DNA from: Octopus sinensis
Lineage: Eukaryota
DNA length: 64,000 nucleotides
Assembly (NCBI RefSeq): GCF_006345805.1
Contig: NC_043023.1
Location: 6,448,001 to 6,512,000, forward strand
Reading direction: 5' to 3'
The notes beneath the pieces were generated by a model. The model ran no database searches. It was not told the origin of the DNA and saw only the letters and a program-made list of their open reading frames with translations. The position numbers and the translations under genes are program-made. Position 1 is the stretch's first letter, and the number at the start of each line of letters is the position of its first letter. Of this stretch, positions 26,581 through 40,039 are shown piece by piece.

Positions 26581-26594
26581 TGAGGATGATGCTG
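25990..26594 (+). mobile_element. SINE-like repeat with a greatly expanded (GAT/GAC)n tail (26279-26594); related copies ~208-490 and ~23200-23475
   Basis: ...CCAACCCATGCTAGCATGGAAAGCGGA followed by ~315 bp of GAY triplets. Confidence 0.75.
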
Positions 26595-28497
26595 ATAGTA
26601 TAATAGTTGTCGCAGTTACTTAGCCCTAGATCAGCCCTGATGCAAAAGAGGCATGATCGAAGATGTTCCAGCTGTCACTGCCCTATCTTTTATCAAGACA
26701 CAGTGTATCTTGGACTACACTATCTAATGTATAGTATAGTAATTAGTGTTAGCGACCATTTGGACTTTTATTCAGACATAGCAAATCTGGAACGACATTA
26801 TCTGATATGATTGATTCCCTGCTTCTGCTTTCAATCAAAATATTAATGGAAGAAGATAGAATATTTAAATTGAAACGCCCCACTGACTAACAGGTAAGGA
26901 GGTTGTTCATAGCTGCATTGTTGCTTTGGTAGAGTTACTACTATGACTTAGATAGTTCAGTGATTTGTGAGTGCTAAGGACAGCAGATGTGTAAGGGAAA
27001 CCGCCATGATATATATATATATTTCTTTACTACCCACAAGGGGCTAAACATAGAGGGGACAAACAAGGACAGACAAACGGATTAAGTCGATTACATTGAC
27101 CCCAGTGCGAAACTGGTACTTAATTTATCGACCCTGAAAGGATGAAAGGCAAAGTCGACCTCGGCGGAATTTGAAGTCAGAACGTAACGGCAGCCGAAAT
27201 ACCTATTTCTTTACTACCCATAAGGGGCTAAACACAGAGAGGACAAACAAGGACAGACAAACGGATTAAGTCGATTATATCGACCCCAGTGCGAAACTGG
27301 TGCTTAATTTATTGACCCCGAAAGGATGAAAGGCAAAGTCGACCTCGGCGGAATTTGAACTCAGAACGTAATGGCAGCCGAAATACCTATTTCTTTACTA
27401 CCCGTAAGGGGCTAAACATAGAGGGGACAAACAAGGACAGACAAACGGATTAAGTCGATTACATCGACCCCAGTGCGAAACTGGTACTTAATTTATCGAC
27501 CCCGAAAGTATGAAAGACAAAGTCGACCTCGGCGGAATTTGAACCCAAAACGTACCGGCAGAAGAAATACGGCTACGCATTTCACCCAGCGTGCTGACGT
27601 TTCTGCCAGCTTGCCGACCTCTGCAGATGGTTTCTTCTCAACCAAGTTGCTGCCAGTAATATTCTCAGCTGCAACAGACACTTGAAATAATGAAATACAT
27701 TAGTTTCTCAAGTATCCATCAGTAGTTCCATATTCCAGAAACATTAGCAAATATAACAGGGACCTGAACAAGAACTGTACTTATTCTATCGGTCTCTTTT
27801 GCTGAACCGCTAAGTAACGGGGACATAAACACATCAGCATTGGTTGTCAAGCAATGCTAGGGGGACAAACACAGACACACAAACACACACACGCATATAT
27901 ATATATATACATATATATGACGGGCTTCTTTCAGTTTCCGTCTACCAAATTCACTCACAAGGCTTTGGTCGGCCCAGGGCTATAGTAGAAGACACTTGCC
28001 CAAGGTGCCACCCAGTGGGACTGAACCCAGAACCATGTGGTTGGTAAACAAGCTACTCACCACGCAGCCACTCCTGCACCAACATTGATATATATTTCTT
28101 TACTACCCACAAGGAGCTAAACATAGAGGGGACAAACAAGGACAGACAAACGGATTAAGTCGATTACATCGACCCCAGTGCGAAACTGGTACTTAATTTA
28201 TCGACCCCAAAAGGATGAAAGGCAAAGTCGACCTCGGCGGAATTTGAACTCAGAACATAACGGCAGACGAAATACCTATTTCTTTACTACCCACAAGGGG
28301 CTAAACATAGAGGGGACAAACAAGGACAGACAAATGGATCAAGTCGATTACATCGACCCCAGTACATAACTGGTACTTAATTTATCGACCATAATGAAGA
28401 CACCAATATTAAAATATTAATGTAAAATAACAATAATTTCACACCTAGAAATAAACAGAAAATTCTCTCCACACCTATTCTCCTAATTCTTTTCCAG

Positions 28498-28626
28498 CCA
28501 ACCTTGTCTTCGCTAATGTACAAGAAGGAGACTCCTACAAAGACACTCCCTATGTTTGCGCAGCAACCAATTTGTTTTTACGAAGAATCAATATGCTTAA
28601 TACCATTTATTTGAGAACCTTACCAG
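28498..28626 (+). CDS. Ig-superfamily gene, coding exon 4 (end of Ig2)
   Basis: tttccag| ... |gtgag, 129 nt, phase 1-1. NLVFANVQEGDSYKDTPYVCAATNLFLRRINMLNTIYLRTLP matches the L1-family NLxFxNV...D...YxCxA pattern. Confidence 0.88.
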
Positions 28627-29498
28627 GTGAGTTTTTTTTTTTCATTTCCAAATTAGGAAGCACTCCGTCGGTTACGACGATGAAGGTTCCGGTTGATCCG
28701 AATCAACGGAACAGCCTGCTCATGAAATTAACGTGTAAGTGGCTGAGCACTCCACAGACACGTGCACCCTTAACGTAGTTCTCGGGGATATTCAGCGTGA
28801 CACAGAGAGTGACAAGGCCGGCCCCTTGAAATACAGGTACAGAAACAGGAAGTAAGAGTGAGAGAAAGTTGTGGTGAAAGAGTACAGCAGGGATCACCAC
28901 CATCCCCTGCCGGAGCCTCGTGGCGCTTTTAGGTGTTTTCGCTCAATAAACACTCACAACGCCCGGTCTGGGAATTGAAACCGCGGTCCTATGACCGCGA
29001 GTCCGCTGCCCTAACCACTGGGCCATTGCGCCTCCACTATTTCCAAATGAAGATATATTGAATGGTATTAAAGTAGTTTATGAACAAGATTGAATGTTTT
29101 AAACATTTCAGGACATTTATAACGAAATACGCTGTCCTCTGTGTTTTAATTAATTTTTGAAATAATAGAATAATCAAGAATTGTACATAATTAGTTCCTA
29201 AAATTATCTTAGAATCTAATTGCTATACACACTTTAGTAAGCGAAATGAGAGGCCGATATACATTACTCTTTACTCTTTACTCTTTACTCTTTTACTTGT
29301 TTCAGTCATTTGACTGCGGCCATGCTGGAGCATCGCCTTTAATCGAGCAACTCGACCCCAGGACTTATTCTTTTGTAAGCCCAGTACTTATTCTATTGGT
29401 CTCTTTTGCCGAACCGCTAAGTTACGGGAATGTAAACACACCAGCATCGGTTGTCAAGCAATGCTAGAGGGACAAACACAGACACACAAACACACACA

Positions 29499-29555
<57 letters not shown>

Positions 29556-30597
29556 GTATATATGAGGGGCTTCTTTCAGTTTCCGTCTACCAAATCCACT
29601 CAGAAGGCTTTGGTCGGCCCGAGGCTATAGTAGAAGACACTTGCCCAAGATGCCACGCACTGTTTATTTACTTTACTTGTTACACGAACTGTCAACATTC
29701 AGCGTAGTAATACATATATACTTTAGACACAGTTCGTACTGTTTACTAACAAAATAGTTCCAAAAGTGGGGGTGTATTCTACACACGTATACCTATGTAT
29801 ACACATAGATATGAATGCGTAACAGACTCCTCCAACTCTTTCCTAATCCACTGCACTCTTCTCAAATTGACATACAAACACTCTGAAATGTTCCTATTGG
29901 GGCTTCTGATATGAAGTACAGCATGTCATTTCCAGATTTCTGGCAGTGTGTATTGCATCATGGTGCACTTTTTCCCTCAGACGGTGCCCAACTGACCCTA
30001 CTATACTGTGTAGTCAATAAAATCAAAAAGAAACAATGCACTTGTGGGAAATTAAAAATATAAAATAGGCGCAGGAGTGGCTGTGTGGTAAGTAGCTTGC
30101 TAACGAACCACATGGTTCCGGGTTCAGTCCCACTGCGTGCCAGCTTGGGCAAGTGTCTTCTGCTATAGACCCGGGCCGACCAATGCCTTGTGAGTGGATT
30201 TGGTAGACGGAAACTGAAAGAAGCCTGTCGTATATATGTATATATATATACATATATGTATGTGTGTGTATATGTTTGTGTGTCTGTGTTTGTCCCCCTA
30301 GCATTGCTTGACAGCCGATGCTGGTGTGTTTACGTCCCCGTCACTTAGCGGTTCAGCAAAAGACACCGATAGAATAAGTACTGGGCTTACAAAGAATAAG
30401 TCCCGGGGTCGATTTGCTCGATTAAAGGCAGTGCTCCAGCATGGCCGCAGTCAAATGCCTGAAACAAGTAAAAGAGTAAAGAGATAATTTACCCATTGTT
30501 CCTCGTATATTGAGTTGTAACAACAGGTTATTAGTATTGCAACGTCTAAGTGAAATATTAACATATATCTTTTGCCTTATCTTTTGTCTACTTTCAG

Positions 30598-30700
30598 AGC
30601 AGCTTAAAGACTACCAGATTCATATCCTCAGTGCTAGCCCTAGCAAGATGGTCTTTCTGAAGGGAGACACTGTGGAGTTGCAGTGTATATTCGGTGGACA
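30598..30700 (+). CDS. Ig-superfamily gene, coding exon 5 (start of Ig3); no further exons seen before or after the gap
   Basis: ctttcag| ... |gtgagt, 103 nt; EQLKDYQIHILSASPSKMVFLKGDTVELQCIFGG matches L1-family Ig3 (G..VEL.CIFGG). Confidence 0.85.
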
Positions 30701-31645
30701 GTGAGTTCAAGCCTGCTTCATTTTCTTCCACCCACATCATTTTATTGACACAACAATCAGCATTCTTTAACCACCACCACCACTAAAAGCACTACGCCAC
30801 AATATTAACACTCCCACCTCTACCATCCATACTGCACCAGCACCACCATCTGTACATGACCACCACCAACAACACATATTCCATGACCATCGTTATCAGA
30901 ATCTGACAATACTTTTACGTTCAAGGAGCTTTTTTATACCAATATTCTACACCCTTATTAGTTATTGTTTTATCTACTTCAAGTCCCACAATAAAAATGA
31001 ATAAGGAGAGGCTGTGTGGTAAGTAGCTTGCTTACCAACCACATGGTTCCGGGTTCAGTCCCACTGTATGGCACCTTGGGCAAGTGTCTTCTACTATAGC
31101 CTCGGGCCGACCAAAGCCTTGTGAGTGGATTTGGTAGACGGAAACTGAAAGAAGCCTGTCGTATATACGAACATGTATATATATATTGTGTGTGTGTGTG
31201 TATATGTTTGTGTGTCTGTGTGTCCCCCAACATCGCCTGACAACCGATGCTGGTGTGTTTATGTCCCAGTCACTTAGCGGTTCGGCAAAAGAGAATGATA
31301 GAATAAGTACTGGGCTTACAAAGAATAAGTCCCGGGGTCGATTTGCTCGACTAAAGGCAGTGCTCCAGCATGGCCGCAGTCAAATGACTGAAACAAGTAA
31401 AAGAGTAAAAGAGTAAAAGAGTAATTGAATTAAATAATATTTTTAAATCAGAAACTAATTAATATTAGGTGATTTATGGTTGCATGCTTTAATTAATATT
31501 TAAATTTATTGCTGTATTTATTGTACAAGTGTTCTCATTATTGTTGTTATGACTCACCCAAGACATACTCTTTACTCTTTTACTCTTTTACTTGTTTCAG
31601 TCATTTGACTGCGGCCATGCTGGAGCACCGCCTTTAGTCGAGCAA

Positions 31646-31745
31646 NNNNNNNNNNNNNNNNNNNNNNNNNNNNNNNNNNNNNNNNNNNNNNNNNNNNNNN
31701 NNNNNNNNNNNNNNNNNNNNNNNNNNNNNNNNNNNNNNNNNNNNN
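31646..31745. other. Assembly gap (100 N)
   Basis: Run of exactly 100 N, typical of a gap of unknown size; linkage of the two sides is not shown by the sequence. Confidence 0.99.
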
Positions 31746-32089
31746 AATTATTATTATTATTATTATTATTATTATGATATTATTAATCATATCTTATCAT
31801 ATTCTATCATTTATTACGTATACTTGTATGTATGTATGTATGTATAACAACAAACTAGTAATAATAAAAAGAGAAAAAATTTAAATAAAAAAAATTTTTT
31901 AATTTTTAAATTAAAAAAAAATTTTTTAATTAAAAAATGTATATAGTTATTTACTTCCAGTTGTTTATTTATCTGTGTATTTTATTTTATTGTTTTTGTT
32001 TTGTTTATATTGTAACCAGTTTATGGGGATCCTCTTCTGTCATATGTTGTGGTGTGTGCTACTGTTCCATTCCAGTTTCCTATTCAGGC

Positions 32090-34330
32090 TAGGTTTATCT
32101 TATAATGTGTGTAGCTTCCGTAATATGATGATTGTTGCGTCTGTTCTATGATGTGGACAAGATTTTAACTTATGTTGTTGATTGAGCCTCGTGTTCCTGC
32201 TCGGGTGTGTTGTACAGAATCGATGAGCTTTTACCTTCTTGAGTTCTCTCCAATGTACATTTACTCGCTCTCCTATGCTTCTTGCCGTTTCCCTACGGTA
32301 TGTCGTTGTCTTGTTACTGCATCGTCCCTCTATACATCTTAGACTATAGACTACATTTCTGGCTTTACAGTTTGTTTGTGGGCTAAATCTACACACAGTA
32401 CAGTACCTATCCGTACAGGGGGTTCTACTAAAATGTAGGTTTCTACGATTATGGATTTGATAGGGTTGCCAGGCTTTCAACAACTTAATCTTAGCTTAAG
32501 TTTGTCTAGGATTCCTCTAAAGCGGTACGCCAGTTCACCTCTAGGAGTGGTGTCGACGAACATGACACTCTGGTATTTGTGGCTATCATACCAAGAGTTG
32601 GCCTTCCCTATTTTCTTCTTTGTCCTTTCCATAGTGTTCCATGACTTGCTTCTATTGGGTGGGCAAATCCCATTCCTATCATTACATAAGATATTATCAA
32701 ATTTCTTCATGGCTCCTTTGTATACTCTGATCCTTTCTTTATGGCTGTAACCTGAGAACTGCATGCGGTGAATGAAATGTTGTATGTGTCTCTTTAACTC
32801 TGTAGGCTCGCACATGCGGGACACATTTCGCATTATTCTGAGGAGGTCTGCCATCAAAATATTGAATTTGGCATTGTCCGCGATAGCTGAGTTCCGGTGG
32901 ATCAAGTATTTGGAGGCCATAGGTTTGGCATAGTACGAACGAAGGATTTGGGTTTTATTATTCTCAGTTTCTAGCCAGAGTTCTGTGTCTAGTACTGGTA
33001 GTCTATGGTTGGGGTGTTTAGTAGGGTAGTCTATTGTGACCTTAATACTCTGGTGGACGGAGTTAGCTATTTGCTGGATGCTCTCCATAGTATTAGTTTC
33101 TATTTCTATTTCAAAAGTACTCTCTTGTGGGGGGTGCCTTTACCACTATGTTGATATCATCAACATAGCGAGAGTACATGTTCACGAGTATGGAGTTCTG
33201 TGTTAGGGTTACTTAAGCCTTCTGTCCCACCATACCATGAAAAGGTTGGCCACATCACCGGCCGATTACTAATGCCGATGGCTGCCCCTCGTCCTGGGCA
33301 TATATTTTATTGTTAACTTAAACGTGTGGCATTTTAGGGTAACTCTTATGCTAGCTTCTAGTGCAAGTGCGATCATTTTCTTTACCTGATGGACATTTGC
33401 GGGGTCCGTATGGCTCTGGTCCATCGCTCCATCTCTCTATAGGGTCTTCCTGCCATAGAAGTAATTGTAGGCGGTCTACCTCTTAAACATCTACTGGGGC
33501 AGAAACTACTAAGATCATGTTTATCTAGGTATTCGTTCATTATTCAGCTAAGTAGGAGGCCCAGTTCCTCTGTGTTGACATGCGGAACTCCACCTTGCTC
33601 TCGTTGATCATCTCCACGCACTTCTCCACCGCAAAAACCAAGTCGATCGAGGGTATAGGGATACCACATCCATGCTTACCCACCATACATCTTGTCAGGT
33701 CGCGTCGCAAGTGTTGTTACAGTCGTTGATCCTGCTGAGGAGATCTTCCGTGCTGTCACAAACATCAGGTGACATCCGGATTATAGGGCGTATGATCATT
33801 GAGAGGAAGTAGGAGATTCTGTAGTTGCAAGCGATATTCGCTCCACAGACTGGTCTTGTTGGTGGTCCTGCTACAGGGTCAGTGGTTACTTTATGGTCCT
33901 TGCGAAGTCCATACAGTGCCGGGATATCATTGTTCCAGGCTTGGAAATTGTTAGCTGTGCGTTTCTGGGGTCCCAGAACAATTGTCCACATCATCATATG
34001 GGCGTTGAGGACCTTTTCTCTCTCCTCTTGCGCCTGTAATGTGGTTACTTTCGTATTGGCGATATGAGGTTGTATTGCCTGGATGTAGTTCGGTAAGATG
34101 TCTATTGACATCTTGCCGGACTTATCTGTGGGAAGGCATACCACCTCTCCGTTCCTCGTGCGCTGAATGAGCTCACTGATGCGGTCACAGGAGTGTGACG
34201 AAAGAACTCTGGCCGATATAAGATTAAGTATAATGTAAAAAATAAATATCACCAAAGTAACACCAAATATATAGTGCGTGTGTTTTTATTGGCTAAACTG
34301 GCAAAATGACCATTCCGAATACAACTATAT
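32090..34330 (-). mobile_element. Degraded Penelope-like retroelement (RT + GIY-YIG endonuclease) with terminal repeat
   Basis: PTDKSGKMS, PTRPVCGA, YSRYVDD (~33160-33178), LPVLD..YAKP, C..C...CKARNVVYSLRC...ETARSIGERV; several frameshifts. 34200-34330 recurs at 58235-58412. Confidence 0.88.
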
Positions 34331-34335
34331 ATATA

Positions 34336-34369
<34 letters not shown>

Positions 34370-34493
34370 CTGAGTTTTATCATGGCTACCGAATAATTGT
34401 CACATTACATTTACAGATAAATTCCTCTATTTACATAATATCGAGGTCTCTTTCTTTTTTTTTGTTGTTTACCATTTTTATCAATATATATTT

Positions 34494-34563
<70 letters not shown>

Positions 34564-34578
34564 TTATTTTATAGAAGG

Positions 34579-34629
34579 AGCTTCTACAGGACTAGAACTG
34601 TTTCATTCAAAAGAAATCATCAGGAAGCT
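34579..34629 (-). ncRNA. Type I hammerhead ribozyme motif
   Basis: Reverse complement AGCTTC-CTGATGA-tTTC(tttt)GAAt-GAAA-CAG(8 nt)CTG-TA-GAAGCT; first stem II pair mismatched. Confidence 0.6.
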
Positions 34630-35090
34630 AGGTGACAAGAGTAGTTTTGGCATTTATACATTTAGGCAGGTTTAAAGGGGTGGTGGTGGGGACTTTTTGG
34701 GGGTAGGCATGGCGCAAACTATCATTCTTAGGGGAGTGGTCAAAGGAATCGGTGGTAAAGTAGATAAAAGAATAAATAAAAGAATAAAAGAATAATTAGA
34801 AAAATAGAGTTTTAGGTAAATAAGGAGACTCTCACTTATACATATACATATATATACATATACATACACACACACACACACACACATACACATATATATA
34901 CACACATGTATATATATACATATATACACATACATATACATACACACATGCATACACACACACGCGCGCATCTATATATACACATAATACATACATGCAT
35001 AAATGTATACATATGTTTATACATATGCATACACATACACACACACACACGCGCCTCTTTATATACATAAATACATACATGCATACAAAC

Positions 35091-35133
<43 letters not shown>

Positions 35134-35553
35134 TATATATATATATATAATATTATGTGAAATAGAAAGATGAATAATCTTGTAGTAGATTAATCAAAAG
35201 TTTAACCGATACTTAGTAGCAAAAATCACAGCAGTAAACAGCACGGTTGTTCACCAATAATATTTTATATATATATATATATATACACAAATATTAAAGG
35301 AAATAGAGAAATACAATTGACATATTAAATATTTATTAGCATTATAATATAATTATACGAGCAAAACGCCTCCCGTCCAATGGACGGTGCTGAGTTGTCA
35401 AACATTTAAACCAAATTTTCTCAAAACAACTTGTCCGACCGTCCCATAGGCCTCCCCTTTGAGAAACACTGATGTATCCTTTAATACTTATATGCATGCT
35501 TGAATCTATGCATGTATGTATGAGTGTATATTATCTTGTGGGCATAAGTAAAA

Positions 35554-35885
35554 TTAAGCACTCTCAGTACATATATTGGGAATATTTGTAGAGGGAAATT
35601 TATCTAAAAATTCCTCGAAGACTTTTATTACTAGAAATAGAGCACCAATCATAAATAAGAGAAAAAGCATCGAGTTGAATAGCTTCATGCGGGCATACAT
35701 CCTTCGGCGATGAATTTCATCCCTTCTCGTGCCTTCTTCCTTTTCTGGATACACTGTGAGCAAATCCCGATAGCAACCAAATAGCATACGACATTCATGT
35801 TTGTTCTTGTAGCGGGCAATGGACATGAGGATAGCACTGAATACTGACACTGATGTCATCACCAACGAATAACTGAGTAAATAGT
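35554..35885 (-). CDS. nAChR-like subunit, terminal exon copy B (tandem duplicate)
   Basis: Same acceptor, phase and length as copy A (Y-YLLSYSLVMTSVSVFSAILMSIAR...ESA*); AATAAA at 35332-35337 on the - strand. Confidence 0.8.
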
Positions 35886-37710
35886 CTGTAAAACAAAGGC
35901 AAAAGTAACATATGTATATATATTTATATAGGTTATGAGAGGTAATGATATGAATATGGCCGAAAGGTGTCAGGTAATCTCAAAATTGGGGAAGGGATTA
36001 AGTCGATGTAATCGACCCCAGTGCGTAACTGGTACTTATTTAATCGACCCGAAAAGATGAAAGGCAAAGTCGGCCTCGGCGGAATTTGAACTCAGAACGT
36101 TGCGGCAGACGAAATACCTATTTCTTTACTACCCACAAGGCGCTAAACACAGAGGAGACCAACAAGGACAGACACCCAAATTAAGTCGATTATATCGACC
36201 CCACTGCGTAACTGGTATTTATGTAGGGCGGCGAGCTGGCAGAATCGTTAGCGCGCCGGGCGAAATGCGCAGCAGTATTTCGTCTGTCGTTACGTTCTGA
36301 GTTCAAATTCCGCCGAGGTCGACTTTGCCTTTCATCCTTTCGGGGTCGATAAATTAAGTACCAGTTACGCACTGGGGTCGATATAATTGACTTAATCCGC
36401 TTGTCTGTCCTTGTTTGTCCCTTCTGTGTTTAGCCCCTTGTGGGTAGTAAAGAAATAGGTATTTATATAATCGACCCTGAAAGGATGAAAGGCAAAGTCG
36501 ATCTCGGCGGAATTTGAACTCAGAACGTAGCGGCAGACGAATTACCGCTAATCATTTCGCCCAGCGTGCTATCGTTTTTGCTGACTCGCCGCCTTCCAAA
36601 GGTGTCAGGTAATGCTGGGTAAGTGCTATGGATAGATCATAGTTAAGCTCCAGGATTGGTGTTTATGCGAATAAGGAGTCCAGCGTAGGTCATATATCAG
36701 CATACTCTCTTTTACTCTCTCTTTTACTTGTTTCAGTCATTTGACTGCGGCCATGCTGGAGCACCGCCTTTAGTCGAGCAAATCGACCCCGGGACTTATT
36801 CTTTGTAAGCCCAGTACTTATTCTATCGGTCTCTTTTGCCGAACCGCTAAGTGACGGGGACGTATACACACCAGCATCGGTTGTCAAACGATGCTAGGGG
36901 GACAAACACAGACACACAAACACACACATACACATATATATATATATATACATATATACGACGGGCTTCTTTCAGTTTCCGTCTACCAAATCCACTCACA
37001 AGGCATTGGTCGGCCCGGGGCTATAGCAGAAGACACTTGCCCAAGGTGCCACGCAGCGGGACTGAACCCGGAACCATGTGGTTGGTTAGCAAGCTACTTA
37101 CCACACAGCCACTCCTGCATGTGTATATAGAAAATTTTATTCAGAATGAGATGAAAAAACCAAGGCTGTGAAGGTTTTAGAGCATTTATAAATAGAAGGC
37201 CTTACAGCTGTTTCTGGGATATTTTATATATCCCTTCATCGGAGACGGTGTGAGAATATGGTTAAGCAATAGTTAATTTAGATAAGATATGAAATAGAAA
37301 GTGAAGTGGAAGAATGAAAATAGATTTGAGATATGCAGGGATATTGCATTTGTAGATCCATTATTTAGGCAGAATGGTATACATATAAGATTCCACTACC
37401 TTGTTAGTAAAATGCAATAGTATTTAAAATTGGTCATTCCAAGTATAGAGTTTGTATACAGTGCTATTGAATCAAGGGTTTTATTTAAAGTGACCTAAAA
37501 GTAGGGAATGTATTTGTAAGGTCAAATCGAAAACAGGAAGAGAGGAATAAAGAAAAGAAAGAAAAAGAAAAATGAAAAACAAGAGAGATAATAAGGGAGA
37601 GTGTACCAGTTAGTGGTCAGTCAAGACAATTTGAAAGTAGGAATGGGGAGATGAGGGTGATAGAGAGAGAGAACAGTATCAGAGTGTAAAAATATAAAAA
37701 GAATGGGGGC

Positions 37711-37763
<53 letters not shown>

Positions 37764-38202
37764 AATAATGTAAAAGGTAAAGGAGTGTCAGTTATGTAGT
37801 GATAGAGTCTAAGTGACGGGCAAAGAGAGGGGGAGTAATATGGAATGAAGAATTTCGGAATATAGATTAGGTGGTTGGACAGGTCAGTACTTAGTAGTAG
37901 AAGAAAGTATATATATGAAGATGTATACATAAGTATATGTTAGACATGTATATATATATATATTTATACGGAAGTTTATACATATCAATATCTACGTCTA
38001 CAACTCGTTTTCATGTTTGGATTAACTATATATGTAGGTATGTACATATATGTATGTATATATGCATATATTTATATATTATTTATATTATTACATATAT
38101 ATATATATATATATACTTTATTTAAAGCAGCAGAAAATTCCACAAAACCTGTTACTCTGAGTTTCGCGTTGCCGTTCGTCGGACAGTTTTTGCTTTTACT
38201 CC

Positions 38203-38244
<42 letters not shown>

Positions 38245-38269
38245 CGTATGCATAATATATATATTATAT

Positions 38270-38325
<56 letters not shown>

Positions 38326-38334
38326 CGTATGCAT

Positions 38335-38388
<54 letters not shown>

Positions 38389-39029
38389 ATATGGGAGTAC
38401 ACACACACACACACGATAAGTAAGGAAGTATATACTTAATGGTATACCATACCAGCATTATATGAAAGCACAAGGATAATATAGTAAAAGAGAAAGATTA
38501 TAATAGATAAAAATTAATGCGAAAAAGGGGGTTATAATAAAAATAAAGTGTGGGGGTCCTTTTGAGTGAATTTGGATACAAATAAAAAGGGAACTGGTAA
38601 AAATTTCATATAAATCATGAAAATTATGATATATTAATAATAAATATCGTAAAGTAATTATAATGATAATTAAAAATAACTGGAAAATGGTTAGAAATAG
38701 TACAGTGTAAAGGAGTGTGAAGGAGTATAAGGTGTGGAAATGCAGTATAACAGGATACAGTATTATAGCAGGTATATATATATGACCACATACACACATA
38801 TTAAATATTTATTAACATTATAATATAATTATACGAGCAAAACGCCCCCCGTCCAATGGACGGTGCTGAGTTGTCAAACATTTAAACCAAATTTTCTCAA
38901 AACAACTTGTCCGACCGTCCCATAGGCCTCCCCTTTGAGAAACACTGATGTATCCTTTAATACTTATATGCATGCTTGAATCTATGCATGTATGTATGAG
39001 TGTATATTATCTTGTGGGCATAAGTAAAA

Positions 39030-39361
39030 TTAAGCACTCTCAGTACATATATTGGGAATATTTGGAGAGGGAAATTTATCTAAAAATTCCTCGAAGACTT
39101 TTATTACTAGAAATAGAGCACCAATCATAAATAAGAGAAAAAGCATCGAGTTGAATAGCTTCATGCGGGCATACATCCTTCGGCGATGAATTTCATCCCT
39201 TCTCGTGCCTTCTTCCTTTTCTGGATACACTGTGAGCAAATCCCGATAGCAACCAAATAGCATACGACATTCATGTTTGTTCTTGTAGCGGGCAATGGCC
39301 ATGAGGATAGCACTGAATACTGACACTGATGTCATCACCAACGAATAAACGAGTACATGGT
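39030..39361 (-). CDS. nAChR-like subunit, terminal exon copy A (TM3, short intracellular loop, TM4, stop)
   Basis: ttttacag acceptor 39362-39364; in frame with exon 5 (Y-HVLVYSLVMTSVSVFSAILMAIAR...FNSMLFLLFMIGALFLVI...ESA*); AATAAA at 38808-38813 on the - strand. Confidence 0.85.
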
Positions 39362-40039
39362 CTGTAAAACAAAGGCAAAAGTAACATATGTATATATATT
39401 TATATAGGTTATGAGAGGTAATGATATGAATAAGACCGAAACTGGTACTTATTTAATCGACCCCGAAAAGATGAAAGGCAAAGTCGGCCTCGGCGGAATT
39501 TGAACTCAGAACGTTGCGGCAGACGAAATACCTATTTCTTTACTACCCACAAGGCGCTAAACACAGAGGAGACCAACAAGGACAGACACACAAATTAAGT
39601 CGATTATATCGACCCCACTGCGTAACTGGTATTATCAATATCTACTTCTACAACTCGTACTCATATGTATATGTACACATGCACATCCTTATATACGCGT
39701 ATCTGTATGTATTATCGCCCCTGTACACGCAGGTATATATACCTTGCATACATTCACACATACCTTCACACATACACACACATACATACATACGTACGTA
39801 CATACATACATACATACACGCATACACGCACACATACATTTACATGCACATATGCACGCATGCATATACACACGAATATAATTAGATGACTGATATTCGA
39901 GTATGAGTGAGGAATTAGATAAGGATTAAGAGTTAAAATGTAGATTTATAAGGTTATTGGGATTACCAAAGGGGTATTGTGGAAATATACTGTGTGGTCG
40001 TTTAGGCATTTGGATTTGTGGTAGAATTTGAATGTGTAA

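Noticed and set aside
26192-26623. Poly-Asp acidic (biomineralisation-like) protein ORF
   Set aside because: It is the expanded (GAY)n tail of a SINE-like repeat inside an intron; no splice or domain support.
22264-30700. Assigning the symbol Nrg/L1CAM
   Set aside because: Only Ig1-Ig3 are visible and the gene is duplicated; orthology versus hemolin-like paralogues cannot be decided without phylogeny.
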